DNA of 64,000 nt. Source: Cyanophora paradoxa CCMP329. Its lineage: Eukaryota > Plantae > Glaucophyta. Both the position numbers and the translations under genes were made by a program. The notes under the pieces are model-generated. The model was not told the DNA's origin, did not search any database, and worked only from the letters and a program-made list of their open reading frames with translations. Positions 1 through 12,743 of this stretch are shown here, one piece after another (the stretch's first letter is position 1; every line of letters starts with the position of its first letter). The DNA is taken from NCBI GenBank assembly GCA_004431415.1, contig QPMI01000098.1, forward strand, positions 1-64,000, given 5' to 3'.

Positions 1-3000
1 CGAGTCCTTCTCCTCGACGGAGCCGTTGAGCACGCCGGGGCCCGCGCTGCGAGGAAGGGAGGGAGCGTCAGCCGCGGAGGGCTTGAGGCCGGCGCCGGCG
101 GATAGAGCGCTAGCCGGCCGGCCGGCTCCCTGACCTGTGTAGGAGGCCGGGACCGAGGCCGAGGCCAAGCCCCGACACGTCGTCCGTGCTGCGCGGGGCG
201 TGAGCGAGGGCGCGGGGCAGAGCGGGCGGGGTGGCCCCGCCTGTTGCTGTTCGAGACGATGCGCCCCTGCGGAGAGCCCCGCTCCGGCTCCTCCCCCTCG
301 TCCCCTGTGTTCAGGATTAACGATGGTGGGGGGGGAGAAGGAGAGGTGGGGGTACGGGTGCGCACGCTCGGTGCTGGTGGCCTCGTCGGAATCGCTGGCG
401 TCCTCCGCCGCCTCCGCCGCCGCCGCCGCGCCCTGCCGCCCCGCCCCGTCAGCGCGTACCCCCCTCCGGCCCGGGAGGAAAAGGCGTACCCCCTCCTCGT
501 CGGAGCTGGAGGCGAGGAGGCGGACGGTGCCGTAATGCTTCGAGACCTCCTGCGCCCCTTTCAGGCGGGTGGGCTGGGGGGAGGGGTACGGGGATTCGGG
601 GGGGGGGCGCTGGCCTTGACGACGGCGGAGGGAATGCGGGTGACGACGTCGGCCATGTTGAGCTGCGCGGGCGGGCGGGCGGGCGGGGCTCAGAGGAAGA
701 AGAAGGCGCCGCAAGAGCTAGCCAGAGCTGGAGCTGGAGGAGGGGCGGGCGACGCGGCAGAGGACGGGCGCCAAGAGCTAGAGCTAGAGCTAGAGCTAGG
801 CGGGGCCTTGGGCCGGGGCCGGGGCGGGGCGGGGCGGGGGCGGGCCTTGTTGCGGGCGACGCGGCGGAGGCCGGGCTGGAAGACCCCGAGGCCCACCACG
901 AGGCCCACCGCCAGCACCGACCCTGGCCCGAGGAGAATGAGGGGGGGGAGAAGAAGAAGGCGGGGGGTACCGGCGGACCGGCGAGGGCGGCGAAGAGGAC
1001 GTTGCCGGTGCGGAGGTAGGAGCGCGAGGCCTCCTCGTACGCGTCCGAGAGGCGCGCCAGGCCCGACGCCAGCCCGCCCAGCCCCGCCTGCGGGGGGTGA
1101 GGGGAGGGGGGCGGGGGGGTAGGGGGGAGGGAGGCGGGGGGGTAGGGGGGAGGGAGGGGTAGGGGGGGTACGGACGTCGCAGAGGAATCGGAAGGTGGGG
1201 TTCGTCGCGGCGTTGGCCACGGCCGGCGCGTTGGGCGCCAGCGCGGCGTACTGCACCGCCCGCTCCCCGAACCGCCCCGCCGCGTCCCTTCCCGGGGGTC
1301 AGAGGGGGGAGAGAGAGGAGGGGGTTCAGGGCACCAGAGGGAGATGCGGAGGGTGGAGACGGTGGGCTGGGCGGCGGGGTCGGGGGCCGGCAGGTAGACC
1401 GGGACGGCCACCGTCAGCACCCTGTGCGAGGGGCGGGAAGCTTGAGTGAGCCCCGCTTCGCTCGAGAAGGCTAGGCTAAGGGTGTAATTGGAAGGCGTAC
1501 CCCCAGTTGTGGGCGGCGCGGTCCGACGCGAAGTAGAGCTGCCGCGCCGACGCCAGTAGCGACTCCCCGCTGCGCTTTCTCAGAAAGGGGGCGGGGGGGA
1601 GGAGGAGAAGGGGGTAGAGGGGACCTGCGCTTGGCGGCGGCGGCGGCGGGGGAGAAGCCCGGGGGCGGGCTGGCGGGGGCGGCGCCGGCGGGCCCGGACT
1701 GGGCGGCGGAGGCGGCGGAGGCGGCGGAGGCGATGAGGGCCATGGAGCGGGCCCCGTCCACCGCCTCCAGCACCAGCGTCCGCTGCGCGCGAGGCTCAGC
1801 GTGGCTCGGCCTCGCTTGGCCGGGGCGCGGGCAGCGCACGAGGGCGGAGACGACGGAGACGCGGTCGATGGCCGTCCCCTGCTGCTCCATCTGCTGGATC
1901 GACACCTGCAGGGCGGGGGGCCGCGCGCGGCTCGAGGCAAAGGCGAGGCCGAGCAGCAGCAGCAGCGGCGGGCGGGGGCGGGACGGACGGAGCAGAGGAC
2001 GACGAGGAGGACGAGGAGGACGAGGCAGGAGGCGGCGATGGCGCGGCGGAGGGAGCGCACGGCCCCCGACCCGTCGAAGGCCGACGCCGCCAGGAACTCA
2101 GTCGCGCTGCGGGCGGGGCGTAAGGGGAGGGAGGGCGCGGGGCGGCCCGCTGGATGGATGGCATGGATGGCATGGCTGGCTCGCCTGCGGCCGTGGCGGT
2201 TGTTGTGGCGCCTCGGGTTGCTGACCGAGGACCTGCCGGGGCCGCCGTCAGATCAGATCCGATCGGATGATATCGGATGGGGCGCGGGCGGACTCGGAGA
2301 GGTCGTCGCGGTCGCTGTTGGCGGCCTTGGCGGAGCCCGAGGCGCCGCTCGCCGCCCCCGCCGCCAGCGCCGCCGCCAGCTGCGAGGCGTCCGAGTCAGA
2401 GCTTGAACGCGCCCACCCGGATCGAATCTCGTCTGAAGCCGGGGCGGGCATAGCCTCGAGGACACTAGTACACCGTCTAGTACACCTAAGCTCGTCCAGG
2501 GCCCGGGCCGTCTAGTACATCTAAGCTAGTACTTCCCTACGAATCCCATCTAAACGCGAGGAGGGGCGGGGAGGGGCGCGCCGACTCGTGCTCCTCGAGG
2601 TCGTCTGCCTTGGCGTAAAAGGCAGCGCCCTCCGCCGGGTCCTGGCAGATCTACAGCAGAGAGTTAGGAGTTAGGGAGGGGGGCGGACGGGCCCGGCGGA
2701 CGCCGGCCGCGCCTCCTTGCGGAAGTACGCGAAGGCGCGGCAGAGGGCCGGCGAGCGCGGGAACTTGGAGAGCAGCCGGCGGTACGCCCGCTCCGCGGAC
2801 GCCTTCGACCGCTCGATCGACGCCAGCCGCTGCTCGGGCGTAAGGGCGGTGGGGCAGGGGCGCGGGCGCGCGCGCGGGCGGGCCTGCTCGTAGGCCTGGA
2901 GGGCGGAGGCGTGCAGGACCGAGCCGATCGAGAGGCGCCGGAAGCGCGCCGCCGCCCGGCCCTGCCCACCGCGCCGCTTCAGGCAAGCGGAGGGAGGAGA

Positions 3001-6000
3001 ACAGAACAGGGAGGCGCGGGACGGGCCTTGGCCGTTGGGTCCCAGGCGGGGGCGATGCGGGCCAGGCCCCGCCAGAAGAGCCGGATGCTCCTCAGCGCCT
3101 CGTTCTGCCGCTGCGCCCCGCCAAGCAGTTTAGTTTAGTCAAGTTTTAGTTTAGTTCAGTTTTCAGGGGGCTACCCGGGTGGCCTCGTCGAGGGCGAGCT
3201 GGAACTCGAGGATGGCGACGGCCGAGATCCCCGCCGCCTCCCCCAGCGACGACGAGTACTGCATTCTCGCTTCAGGAGGGTAGAGGAGAGGCTTTTGGTT
3301 TTTTTTTGGGGGGGGGAGCACGTCGAGCTGGGTCCACTCGCGGCGCTTTGCGGAGAGGAGGAAGCGGATGTCCAGGGGGACCTTGGGGTACCTGGTTCGA
3401 GTCCCGGTCAGATGAAATGCGGAGTGGCTCGGATCAAATCAGATCAGATCCGAGGTCGGCTCTGTTCTTTGGAGGTCGCACCGCTCGGCCATGCGCATGC
3501 GGAGGAGGGCCGACTCCCGCGCCTTCTTGTACCCCGACAGGAACGTCGCTGCGGGAGGGGGAGAAGCTCAGGGGGGTACCGGGCAGGAGGAGGGTCTAGG
3601 GAGGGTACCGTAATGGAGGGCAAGGTAGGGGCTGCGACGCGGTTTGTGAGGCGAGAGAGGCGGGGGTGGGGCGTGGGGCGGCCCCCAGAACCCTAGTTCT
3701 AAGCTGGCCTAAAGCTTCTGCTGCCCCGAATCTTCTAGACCGGCCCCTCTTCCCGCCCCAGGTCGAAGGCGGCCGGGCGGACCTGCGGGGGAAGCGCATC
3801 ATTCCGTCCTCGTACACCGCCTCCGCCGCCGTCAGCGGGTCCACGTTCTCCCGGTCTGAGGGGGGGTACATGAGTCTAGGCGGGGAGGGAGCGGAGGTGG
3901 GGGGGTAGAGGGGCGCGCCGTTGAGGGCGGCGCGGGCCATGAGCTCGACCTGCGCCTCCATGAAGAAGCCCTGCGACCGGTCCAGCAGGCTGCCGAGGCC
4001 GGGCGGGGGGGGTACGCGTCAGCCGGGGGGGATGGAGGGGGCGGGGGGTACGGGGCTCGCTTGAGGCCGTGGAGGCGGGCGCGCTGGCGCTGCGGGACGC
4101 TCCCGTAGAACCCGTTCTCGGGGCTTCTCGGGGAGTCAGGGGGGAAGAAACCAAGAGACGAGGGGGGTACGCTGCGTGCGCACGTCTCGGCGACCTCGAC
4201 GGTGGCGCCGTCGGCGAAGCCGCCGATGGCGCGGGCGCGGATGCGGCGCGTGAGGGCGCGCATCCGCAGGTGCACCGCCAGCGCCGCCAGCCCCGCCATC
4301 GGCACCTGCCGCCCCGCCCCGCCGCTCAGGAGCCTCCCAGGAGGAGCGTCTAGCTGAAACGTGTTCTAAGGCGTCCCCAAAGGCAGCTAGCATGTGCATA
4401 CACGCGGTTAAACTCAGGCCCGAGAGTCTTCCTCGACCTCAAGCCAGGGCCTGGGCCTCTAGATCTCGGCTCTAAGAATTCGATGCGCCCAAGGAAGGCC
4501 GCTGCGCACCACGAGGACCATGAAGGCGATGGAGACGGCCGCGCGGGCCGCCTCGTCCGTCGAGGAGACCACCACGGAGCCCAGGGCGATCCCCGCCGCC
4601 AGCCCGAAGCACGCCGCCCGCAGCATGTTCATCCCTGCGCCGTTGTCGCGTGAGCGTTGGAGGGGCGCCGGCGCCGGCGCCGGCGCGCCCCCGCGTCCCT
4701 CGTCGCACCGTGCTGGTAGTAAGGCATCAGCACCACCCTGCAGAGAGAAGAAGCGGTGAGCGGGGAGACGTCCAGGAGGAGGGGAGGGGGGGCGAGGGCG
4801 CTCACATGAGGAAGACCATGAGGAGGCACCCGGTCAAGAGGAGCGCGTTGAACGCGACGGGATACGATGTCCTCAGCCCCTTGTTCAGGAGCACTAGCGC
4901 GGACTGGACGGTGATGTACGCGAGCTGTACCCGTCCGTGGGCGCGCGCCCCTACGTTCGCCGAGAGCGGGTCTGCCCCGGCCCGGCGCGCGTCAGAGGGT
5001 GGGTGGGTGGGGTACAGCGCTTCCGACGAGCGGCGGCGTGCGCGGGTACCCGAGTCGTGGAAGACCTGCGAGAGGCGGGGGCGGTGTCAGGGAGGGGGTA
5101 CGCGAGTTCCGAGCTCGGATGGGAGGGGGTACCGATGCCATGATGGCGGCGAAGGGAATGTACGCCGCGAGCACCGCCGACGAGGCCGCCAGGCTCGCCT
5201 CCCTAAGGGGGGTACGCGATATGAGCTGCGGGAAGCGGAGGGGGGTACGCTACGCCCCACGCACCACTGGCCGGGTACGCAGATGGCCTCGGCCCAGGGG
5301 TGGGATTCGCGGTTGGTCGTGATGGAGCAGTAGAAGGGCGTGGAGAGCAGCGAGAGGGCCGGGATCTGGGGGTACGGCGCGCCCGCGTCAGCGGGATACG
5401 GTGTACGGTCGCTGGAGGTGCGCACGTAGAGGGCAGAGACGAGAAGGGGTACGAGGAAGCTGCACGCGGGCAGCGTGAGCGCGGGGCGGGGAGGGCGGAG
5501 GGGCGGGTAGGCACCGGAGGATGCGGATGGGGAGGATCTTGAAGGAGTGGATCTGGTACATCCGCGCCGCGTACACCTGCGGGGGCGGGGCCAGACTAAG
5601 ACCAGCCTACCAAGAAGAGGGGCGGGGGCGGGGCGGGGCGGGGCGCACCGTCAAGGCGATTGTGAGAGCGAGGAGGGCGACGGCGCCCCAGTAGAGCACG
5701 GCGAAGAGGGAGGAGGAGCCCTCGATGTGCCGCATCACGTTCGGGCCCAGCGCCAGCCTGCGGGGGGGTGAGAGGGGGGGAGAGGGGGGGCTGGAGGGGG
5801 GGCGCGCCAGCTGATGGACGGCTGGTACCAGGCGCTGGTGACGCCTGCGGGGACCCGGATCCGGAGGGACGGCGTGAGCGGCCGGCGTGAGCGGCCGGCG
5901 TGAGCGGCCGGCGGGGCGGGGCGGGGCGGGGCGCGCCGAGGGCCGCCAGCTGGAAGCCGTCCACGAGGACCAGCGAGATCTGAAGCGCCGCACCGAGGCT

Positions 6001-6669
6001 CAGAAGGCTTCGACCGAGGGCCGGGGCGGCGCGGGCCCGGGCGGGGCGGGGCGCGCAGGGGACGCCCCAGCGAAGCCCCCGCAAAGTAAAGACGCCCATT
6101 ATCATATCATATTATGAGGTGCCCGTGCATTTAAGAGCTTCCCATTAAAGATGGTTCGAGGGGCCTGCAAAGGGCGCACGGGGAGGACGACGCTCAGGAC
6201 GATGTCGACCTCCTTCCCGCTCCGGTCCGTCATCTGTGCGCACGAGCCGGCCCCGGGCCGTCGTGGGTTAGTCCGGGGCGCGACGAGAGGAAGTCACATA
6301 TAGCTATCGTCGAATGGCTCTGGTCTGTAGCGCGCGCGCACGTAGAAGAGGGCGCCATAGAAGAGGGCCCGCAGCTTCTCGAGCTTGGCCCGAATGAGGC
6401 CCGTCGCGCCTGCGCGCGGCACGCGCGGCACGCCGGTGAGGTGGGGCGGGCGGGCGAGGGCGGGGGCGGGGGCGGGGCGGACCGGGGCCCGTGAGGCCGA
6501 CTGCGAGGTGCGTGGACTGGATGCGGAAGGAGAGGGGGGCGCGCGGGGCCTGCGGGCCCGCCTCCTCCCCGTCCATTCCGAACGAGACGCCGATGGGCAG
6601 CGAGTTCCGCTTGCCCCCGCCCATCGCCCCGCCGCTGCCCCGGTCCACCGACGCACGCGGCGCCGCCAT
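1..6669 (-). CDS. TmcB/TmcC (tiny macrocysts)-like multi-pass membrane protein; many exons; 3' end runs off the window
   Basis: Spliced exons give several TM segments (LQISLVLVDGFQLAAL, FAVLYWGAVALLALTIALT, STPFYC, AYIPFAAIMAS). They also give the family motif DPLSANVGARAHGRV, EAQVELMAR...AEAVYEDGMMRFP, a TPR-like SIERSKASAERAYRRLLSKFPRSPALCRAFAYFRKE, and further TM/extracellular segments (ISLW, NPTFRFL). ATG at 6667-6669. Confidence 0.7.
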
Positions 6670-7320
6670 CGCTAACGGCCGCCCGGCGAGCGCGCGGCGC
6701 GCGGGGGCCGCCGCAGCTAAGCTGGCACTGAGAATGAACGGCCCGGGCCGCTAGGCCGTCATCTCACGCGCGTGCGGCATGGCTTGGTTGCTCCTGGGCT
6801 GGGGCTCGCGCGCCGGCCGCGCGGCTTTCGGCTGATCTCAACGCCCCTGACGAAATCTACCTTGCCGAGTGAGCGCGCGCGCCGCGCAGCAACTGGGATC
6901 GCGCCCGGTTCGGTGATTACCCTCGCCCCGCCCCGCGCCGGGCCGCGCCGGGCTGGCGCCGACTCTAAATCTGCGCAGCTGCTGCCCGCGCTGCTGCTGC
7001 TGCTGATGCTGCTCCAAGCTACTAGACTCCTGCGTCGGCGCGCGCGCGCCGGCTGCGTGCGCAACGACGTCGACAGCGCTCTGTTGCCTTGATGCAGGGA
7101 AGCAGGCGTACGCGTTAAATCGTGATCGCCGTCAACGCGTTACGCGGCTTACGCCTTACCTTGCGGAGGTTTGACTGCGCTTCGCTTTTTTTGCACTGGC
7201 AGCGGCTTCGGCGATCAAGGGGTACGCAACCAACTTCGTTCGCACAGCGCCGCGCGCGCGCCGCGCCAGCAAGCTCGCCAGCGGAGCTGTGCATCGGCGA
7301 GTTGCGGGCTTGCGATCGTT

Positions 7321-10300
7321 ATGGCGACGGTGCTCTGGTTTCGCAAGGGACTCCGCCTGCACGACAATCCGGCTCTCCTGCAAGCACTCAAGCCAGCGCC
7401 GCAGCACCTGTATCCGATCTTCATTCTCGATCCGTGGTGAGCGAGCGCGAGAGCGAGCGATCCGTGCTGCTGGGCTCCGCGTGCATGTGCTGCCGGGTCC
7501 ACGTGCTCAGCCTCAAGGCTCTGGAGGCGCACCGAAGCACGCCGCTGCCTGACGCGAGGGGCGCAGGTTCATCAAGAGCGGGCGGGTCGGCGTGAATCGG
7601 TGCGCGCGCGCGTGCCGAGCGCACCTCACAAGCGCCGGCGCCGACGAGCGCGCGCGCGCGCTCGCGCGACTCTCCGCAGCATCCGCTTCCTTCTTGAGAG
7701 CCTCGCGGACCTCGACGCGAACCTCAGGCGCCTCGGGTGCGCCCGCTTCCCATCCGGCGCCCGCTCGAGCTGACCGCCGGTCCCTTGCGCACGCCCGTCG
7801 CGCGCTGACGCCGACGCCGATCCGCGGCGCAGATCGCGCCTCATCGTGCTGCAGGGGAGCCCGATCCCCGTCCTCTCCCGCGCTTTCACGGACTGGGGCG
7901 TCGCCCGCCTCGCCTTCGAGAGCGACACCGAACCCTGTAGCCCCCCGTCCCCTCGGCATGTACCCGCCCGCGCGCCCTAACCCCCGCGCGTCGCGCAGAT
8001 GCCAAGGAGCGGGACGCCAGGGTACGGGAGATCGCGGCGACCGCGGGGGTAGAGGTCGTCAGCCCATCGGGCCACACGCTGTACCCCCCTGAGAAGCTGC
8101 TGGACTACTGCGGGGGTAAGCCGCCTCTGACGATGCAGGGATTCCAGAAGGCACGGCGTACCCCCCTCGCCCTGCTCCCCGCTCGCCCCGCGGCCGCTTA
8201 TTCCCCCCTCAGCTGCTGGCGACCGTCGGGCACCCCGCCAAGCCACAGGATGCCCCGCGATCCGTTCCCCCTCCCGCCCCCGGCAAGGCGCGCGCCCCCG
8301 CCTCTCCTATCCCATCCACGTTCACGTACCCCCCCAGGTCGCGGACGGGGAGCACGGTGTACCCTCCCTCGCGGAGCTGGGGCTCTCGCTGGAAGCGGAG
8401 GGCGCGGCGCCGGTATCCCGCTTCCCGGGGGGGGAGACCGAGGCCCTCCGCAGAATGGACGCGTTTCTCTCCAACAAGCGTGTACCCCCCTTCGACCGAA
8501 GCGACGTAGCCCTCTGACCCCGAGGCGCAGGCAGCGCGCGGCGACGTTCGAGAAGCCAAAGACCGTACCCACCGAGTTCGAGTGCGTCGTATCCCGCTCG
8601 AAACAACTCCGTACCCCTCACACGTCCCGGCAGCCCCCCCGCGACCACAGTTCTGAGCCCGCACCTCAAGGTTCCCCGCAGTACCCCTGCATGTCTGCAC
8701 CCCGGACATCTCAAATACCCCGTACCCCCAGTTCGGCTGCCTGTCCCCCCGGACTTTCTACTGGCGCCTCCAGGACCTGTACCGGTCCGCGTCGCCCCCC
8801 CCCTTCTTTCGAGTACCCCCACGCACGTCCCTCCGGGCAGGGAGGTGCCGCGGCACAGCTCGCCCCCGGTCTCCCTCGAGGGCCAGGTCCCCCCCCCCCC
8901 CCCCTCGAGCCCCTCCTACAGACGCCTGCGGGGAGCCCTGTACCCCTCTCTCTCTCCTCTGACCGGGGCGCCGCCTGTGCAGCTGCTGTGGCGGGAGTTC
9001 TTCCACCTGGTGGGGCACGCGACGCCCAACTTCGACAGGATGGCCGGCAACCCCGTCTGCAGGCCCGCCCTCGCGCCCCGCCCTCCCTCCCTCGAGCCCC
9101 GCTCGCGTGGCTAGCGATATCGATGGGGTCTCATTTCTCGACCCGACTCGAGCCGCCGCCTTTCGACGCCCCGCCGCCTTCCTTAGGCATCTCCGCCCAG
9201 GATGGCCTCTCGCTCCCCGCCGGGCCGGGCCGGGCGCGGGGTGCCCGGCCCCTCTGACGTCCCGCCGCAGGCAGATCCCGTGGGGGGACAACGCGGAGTA
9301 TCTCAAGGCGTGGGAGGAGGGCCGCACGGGGTACCCCTGGATCGACGCCGTCATGCGCCAGCTCCGCTCCGAGGGCTGGATGGCGCGCATGCCCCCGACC
9401 CCGCTGCCGCCGCCCGCCCCCGCCAGCTCACGGTAGCAAGGCCTGAGATGGGCCTGCGCGCAGCACCACCTGGCGCGGCACGCGGTCGCCTGCTTCCTCA
9501 CCCGGTGCCCCCGCCCCGCCCGCCCCGACCCGACCCGAGCCGGCGCCCTCTATCCCCCTCGCCTGCTCATCTGATCCCGACCCGGGACCGCCGCAGGGGT
9601 GACCTGTGGGTCAGCTGGGAGAAGGGGGTGCGCGCTCCAGCCCCGCTCCCCCCTCCACCCCCCCCCCCCCCCCCTCCCCCCCTCTGAGCCGGCGGCCAGG
9701 CGGAGGTCTTCGACCGGTTGCTGCTGGACGCCGACTGGCACCTCAACAACGGCAACTGGATGTGGCTCTCCTGCAGGCGCGGCGCCCGCGCAGCCCCCGG
9801 CCTGGGCCCTCCGACCCTCCGCCCCTCCGTCTGATCTGAGGCGGGACGCGCAGCGCGTTCTTCCACCAGTTCTTCCGCGTGTACAGCCCCATCAGCTTCG
9901 CCAAGAAGGGCGACCCCGACGGCAAGTTCATCCGCCGCTACGGTCCGCCCCCCAGCCAGCCAGTACTAGTGAGCTCGAGACGGCGGCTGACTCAGGACTG
10001 ATCATGAGCGATCGCGATCAGTGCCGGAGCTGGCGCGCTTCCCCGCGCAGTACATCTACGAGCCCTGGAGCGCGCCCCTCGCCGCCCAGCAAAAGCGCGC
10101 CTCTCTCCCCTTCTCTCCGCCCCCTACGCTTAAGATTACGTATACGCCGCCCGCCGTCGCCTCCGGTCCTGACGCCGCCGCCGCCCTCGCCTCCCCTCCC
10201 ACCCCCCGCGCGCAGGGCGGGGTGCGTGGTGGGGAAGGACTACCCCCGCCCCATCGTGGACCACGCCGCCGCCTCCAAGCGCAACATGGGGCGCATGAAG

Positions 10301-10728
10301 GCCGGCCCCCGCCCCGCCCCGCCCCGCCCTCTGCTTGAGCTTAGCTTCGAGCGCCTTGGCCTCGCTGGCGCGGCCGGCGCCGCTCCTTTCCGGAAGCTGA
10401 TCGTTCTCCCCGCAGGACGCGTTCGCTGCGGCGCGGGCGGCGGCCGGAGGCGGCGGCGGCGGCGGCGGGGTGCGCTGGCTCTCTCTCTAGATCTCCGGAT
10501 CCGCGGGGCCGCTGCCCTGAATCTTGTCTCACGGCCCGCCAGGATCCGGAGGAGGAGGAGGGCGGGGAGTGGGAGGGAGAGGGGGCCGGCAAGGGGAAGG
10601 GGAAGGGCAAGCGGGGGGCGCCGGCGCCGGCGCGGGAGGCCAAGCTTAAGCCCGCGGCCGGGCCCGGGACCTCGCGCGCGAGCTCCGGATCCACCTCGAA
10701 TTCGAAGAAGAAGCTTAAGAAGGCCTAG
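7321..10728 (+). CDS. UVR3: (6-4) DNA photolyase / animal-like cryptochrome, about 21 exons
   Basis: [16 protein letters not shown]; FPGGETEAL; FEKPKT; [14 protein letters not shown]; [15 protein letters not shown]; [15 protein letters not shown]; [20 protein letters not shown] (the HHLARH motif of 6-4 photolyases); [16 protein letters not shown]; YIYEPW; DYPRPIVDH; basic C-terminal tail ending KKKLKKA*. Confidence 0.93.
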
Positions 10729-11283
10729 AAGGCCTAGCGATCACGTGGGCTTCTCAATACGATGAGCCATGCACAAATATCACTGTATTAATATTATTAT
10801 TTCAGCATCTTGTTTTTGGTGAATTACCGGCCACGTGCACAGCCTCTATATATCATAGTATATGATAATCTACTAGTACTAGGCTACTCTAGCACTGTGC
10901 ACTGCGGCACGTGGGGGCGTATACGTATACGTATACAGGCAAGCTTAATTATATAAATTAAGGTGCATATCAGACTTGAGTACCTTAGTTGCTTGCAACC
11001 AAGGACCCAAGTCTTCTATGCATATACTAGCAGACCGCCCCCGGCCCTGTGCAAGTGCGGCAAGTGCGGGCCGCGCGCGGAGGTGCAAGGGGGGGTACTG
11101 GTACACATTGCAGGGTACTTGGGGGGAAGGCGGGGGGCGCAGGGGAGGGGGGCGGAGGGGGCAGCTAGAGAAGCGAGGCGGGCGGCCGGGCGAGGCGGGC
11201 GGGGTGGCGAGGCGGGTAGGTGGGGTGGCGACGCTGGCGGCGGCGCGCGGCGGCGGGCGGGAAAGCGGGATCCGGAGGAGAGA

Positions 11284-11765
11284 CAGGTGGCACCGGGCCC
11301 TGCGCGTAGCCTGCGCATGCGCAGAACCGAGGCGTCAGCTCGCCCCGGACAGCATCCATGCAGGGGCGGGGCCCAGCGGGGGCGGCCGGGCCATGGCCAG
11401 GTGCGCAGCAGCAGCGGCGGAGCGAACCTGGAGTCGACGAAGCTGATCATGAAGCAGCCGGCAGGGCGGCGGGCGAAGAAGCGGGCGGAGCGGCAGGTGG
11501 CGCCGGGCCCTGCGCGTAGCCTGCGTGCGCAGGGCCGAGGCGTCAGCTCGCCCCGGACAGCGGCCGTGCACGTGCGGGGGCGGGGCCCAGCGGGGGCGGC
11601 CGGGTCAGGTGCGAAGCAGCAGCGGCGGGGCGAACCTGGAGTCGACGAAGCTGAAGCAGCCGGGCCGGCGGGGCGGCGGGCGAGGAAGCGGGCGGAGCGG
11701 CAGGTGGCGCCGGGCCCTGCGCGTAGCCTGCGTGCGCAGGGCCGAGGCGTCAGCTCGCCCCGGAC
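11284..11765. repeat. Diverged tandem repeat, about 207-210 bp unit, about 2.3 copies
   Basis: CAGGTGGC[A/G]CCGGGCCCTGCGCGTAGCCTGCG...GAGGCGTCAGCTCGCCCCGGAC recurs at 11284, 11494 and 11701. Confidence 0.85.
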
Positions 11766-11801
11766 GTCGACAGCGGCGGCGCCGGGCGGCTCGCCCGCCG
11801 T

Positions 11802-11948
11802 GGCTCGAGCCAGCCCTCCCCCCCCGGCCGCGGGGCTCGAGCCGCCGGCTGGAGCGAGCCGCCCTTTTCCACGAGCCAGCTCGAGCCGGGAAAAAGGTCG
11901 GCTCGAGCCGGCTTGGCTCGAGCCGAGCCGGCTCGAGCCGCAGCTCTA
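11802..11948 (-). mobile_element. Probable single terminus of a hAT-like DNA transposon with GGCTCGAGCC subterminal repeats
   Basis: The minus strand reads TAGAGCTG followed by a dense cluster of CTCGAGCC/GAGCCGAGCC motifs, as in plant hAT ends. No matching second terminus was found. Confidence 0.4.
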
Positions 11949-12743
11949 GCGAGGCGTCGGAGGTTGGATCGGATCGGATGATTCGGATCTGCCGATCCTA
12001 TCGAGCTCGATCGGCGGGTCACGGTCCTAGGAGGATGAAAAAACGTTTGGGGGTACTACGGTACACGGCTAGCAGGTGGCATTGCGCAGAGTGCGCAGCG
12101 GCCGGAGCGCTATCATAGTATAGTAGCTAGCCTAGCGCCACATCGATTCGGATTCGGATTCTTCCCGGCGGATTCGTTGCGACTCTAGCGACTCAGTAGC
12201 GAGTCGAGTCGTCCGACGGTCGCAGTTCAACGATCTCCTTCAAGGCTCTTAGGCCAGAGGTGCGCATGCGCCGTCCTACGGCCCGACGGTCCCTCTTTCT
12301 TTGAGAGACGTCCATCGACTTCAGGCTCGTATAGTATACGTTTAACCGCTGTGCGCTCGCCTTAGCCACGCGCGCACATCTAGCCGGCCAGGTTTTATGA
12401 TCTAGCCGGCCGACTCTGCGAAGCTCTGATCGGATGTAGGCCTAGGCTATATGTGCCTATGCATATGGCCAGCGACCTCGAGCTCGCCATAATGATCATA
12501 CATCAAGATTATGATCATGGCCTTTAAGTTGCGTATGGCATGCCATGATGGCAGCGCTAACCGGCCGGAGCGACGCGCCGCAGGCCCTAGCCCATGCCAG
12601 CCATACCATAGCTATAGTTAGATCTCTTTATAATTATGATTTAACGGCTGCAGAAATTGGGCGGTCGGTCGCGATTCGTCTGATGATTCCGCATGTGCAA
12701 GCGCAGCCGCACGCGTTAACCCCAAAACACACCGCAAACGATC

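Noticed and set aside
1490-1570. LYFASDRAAHNWGYAF resembling the end of a CUB domain
   Set aside because: Fits the Tmc-like extracellular segment; no other CUB features.
3128-3165. (TTTAG)n tract resembling a telomeric repeat; also (CCTTT)n at ~38535-38585
   Set aside because: Short, degenerate intronic microsatellites, not a telomere array.
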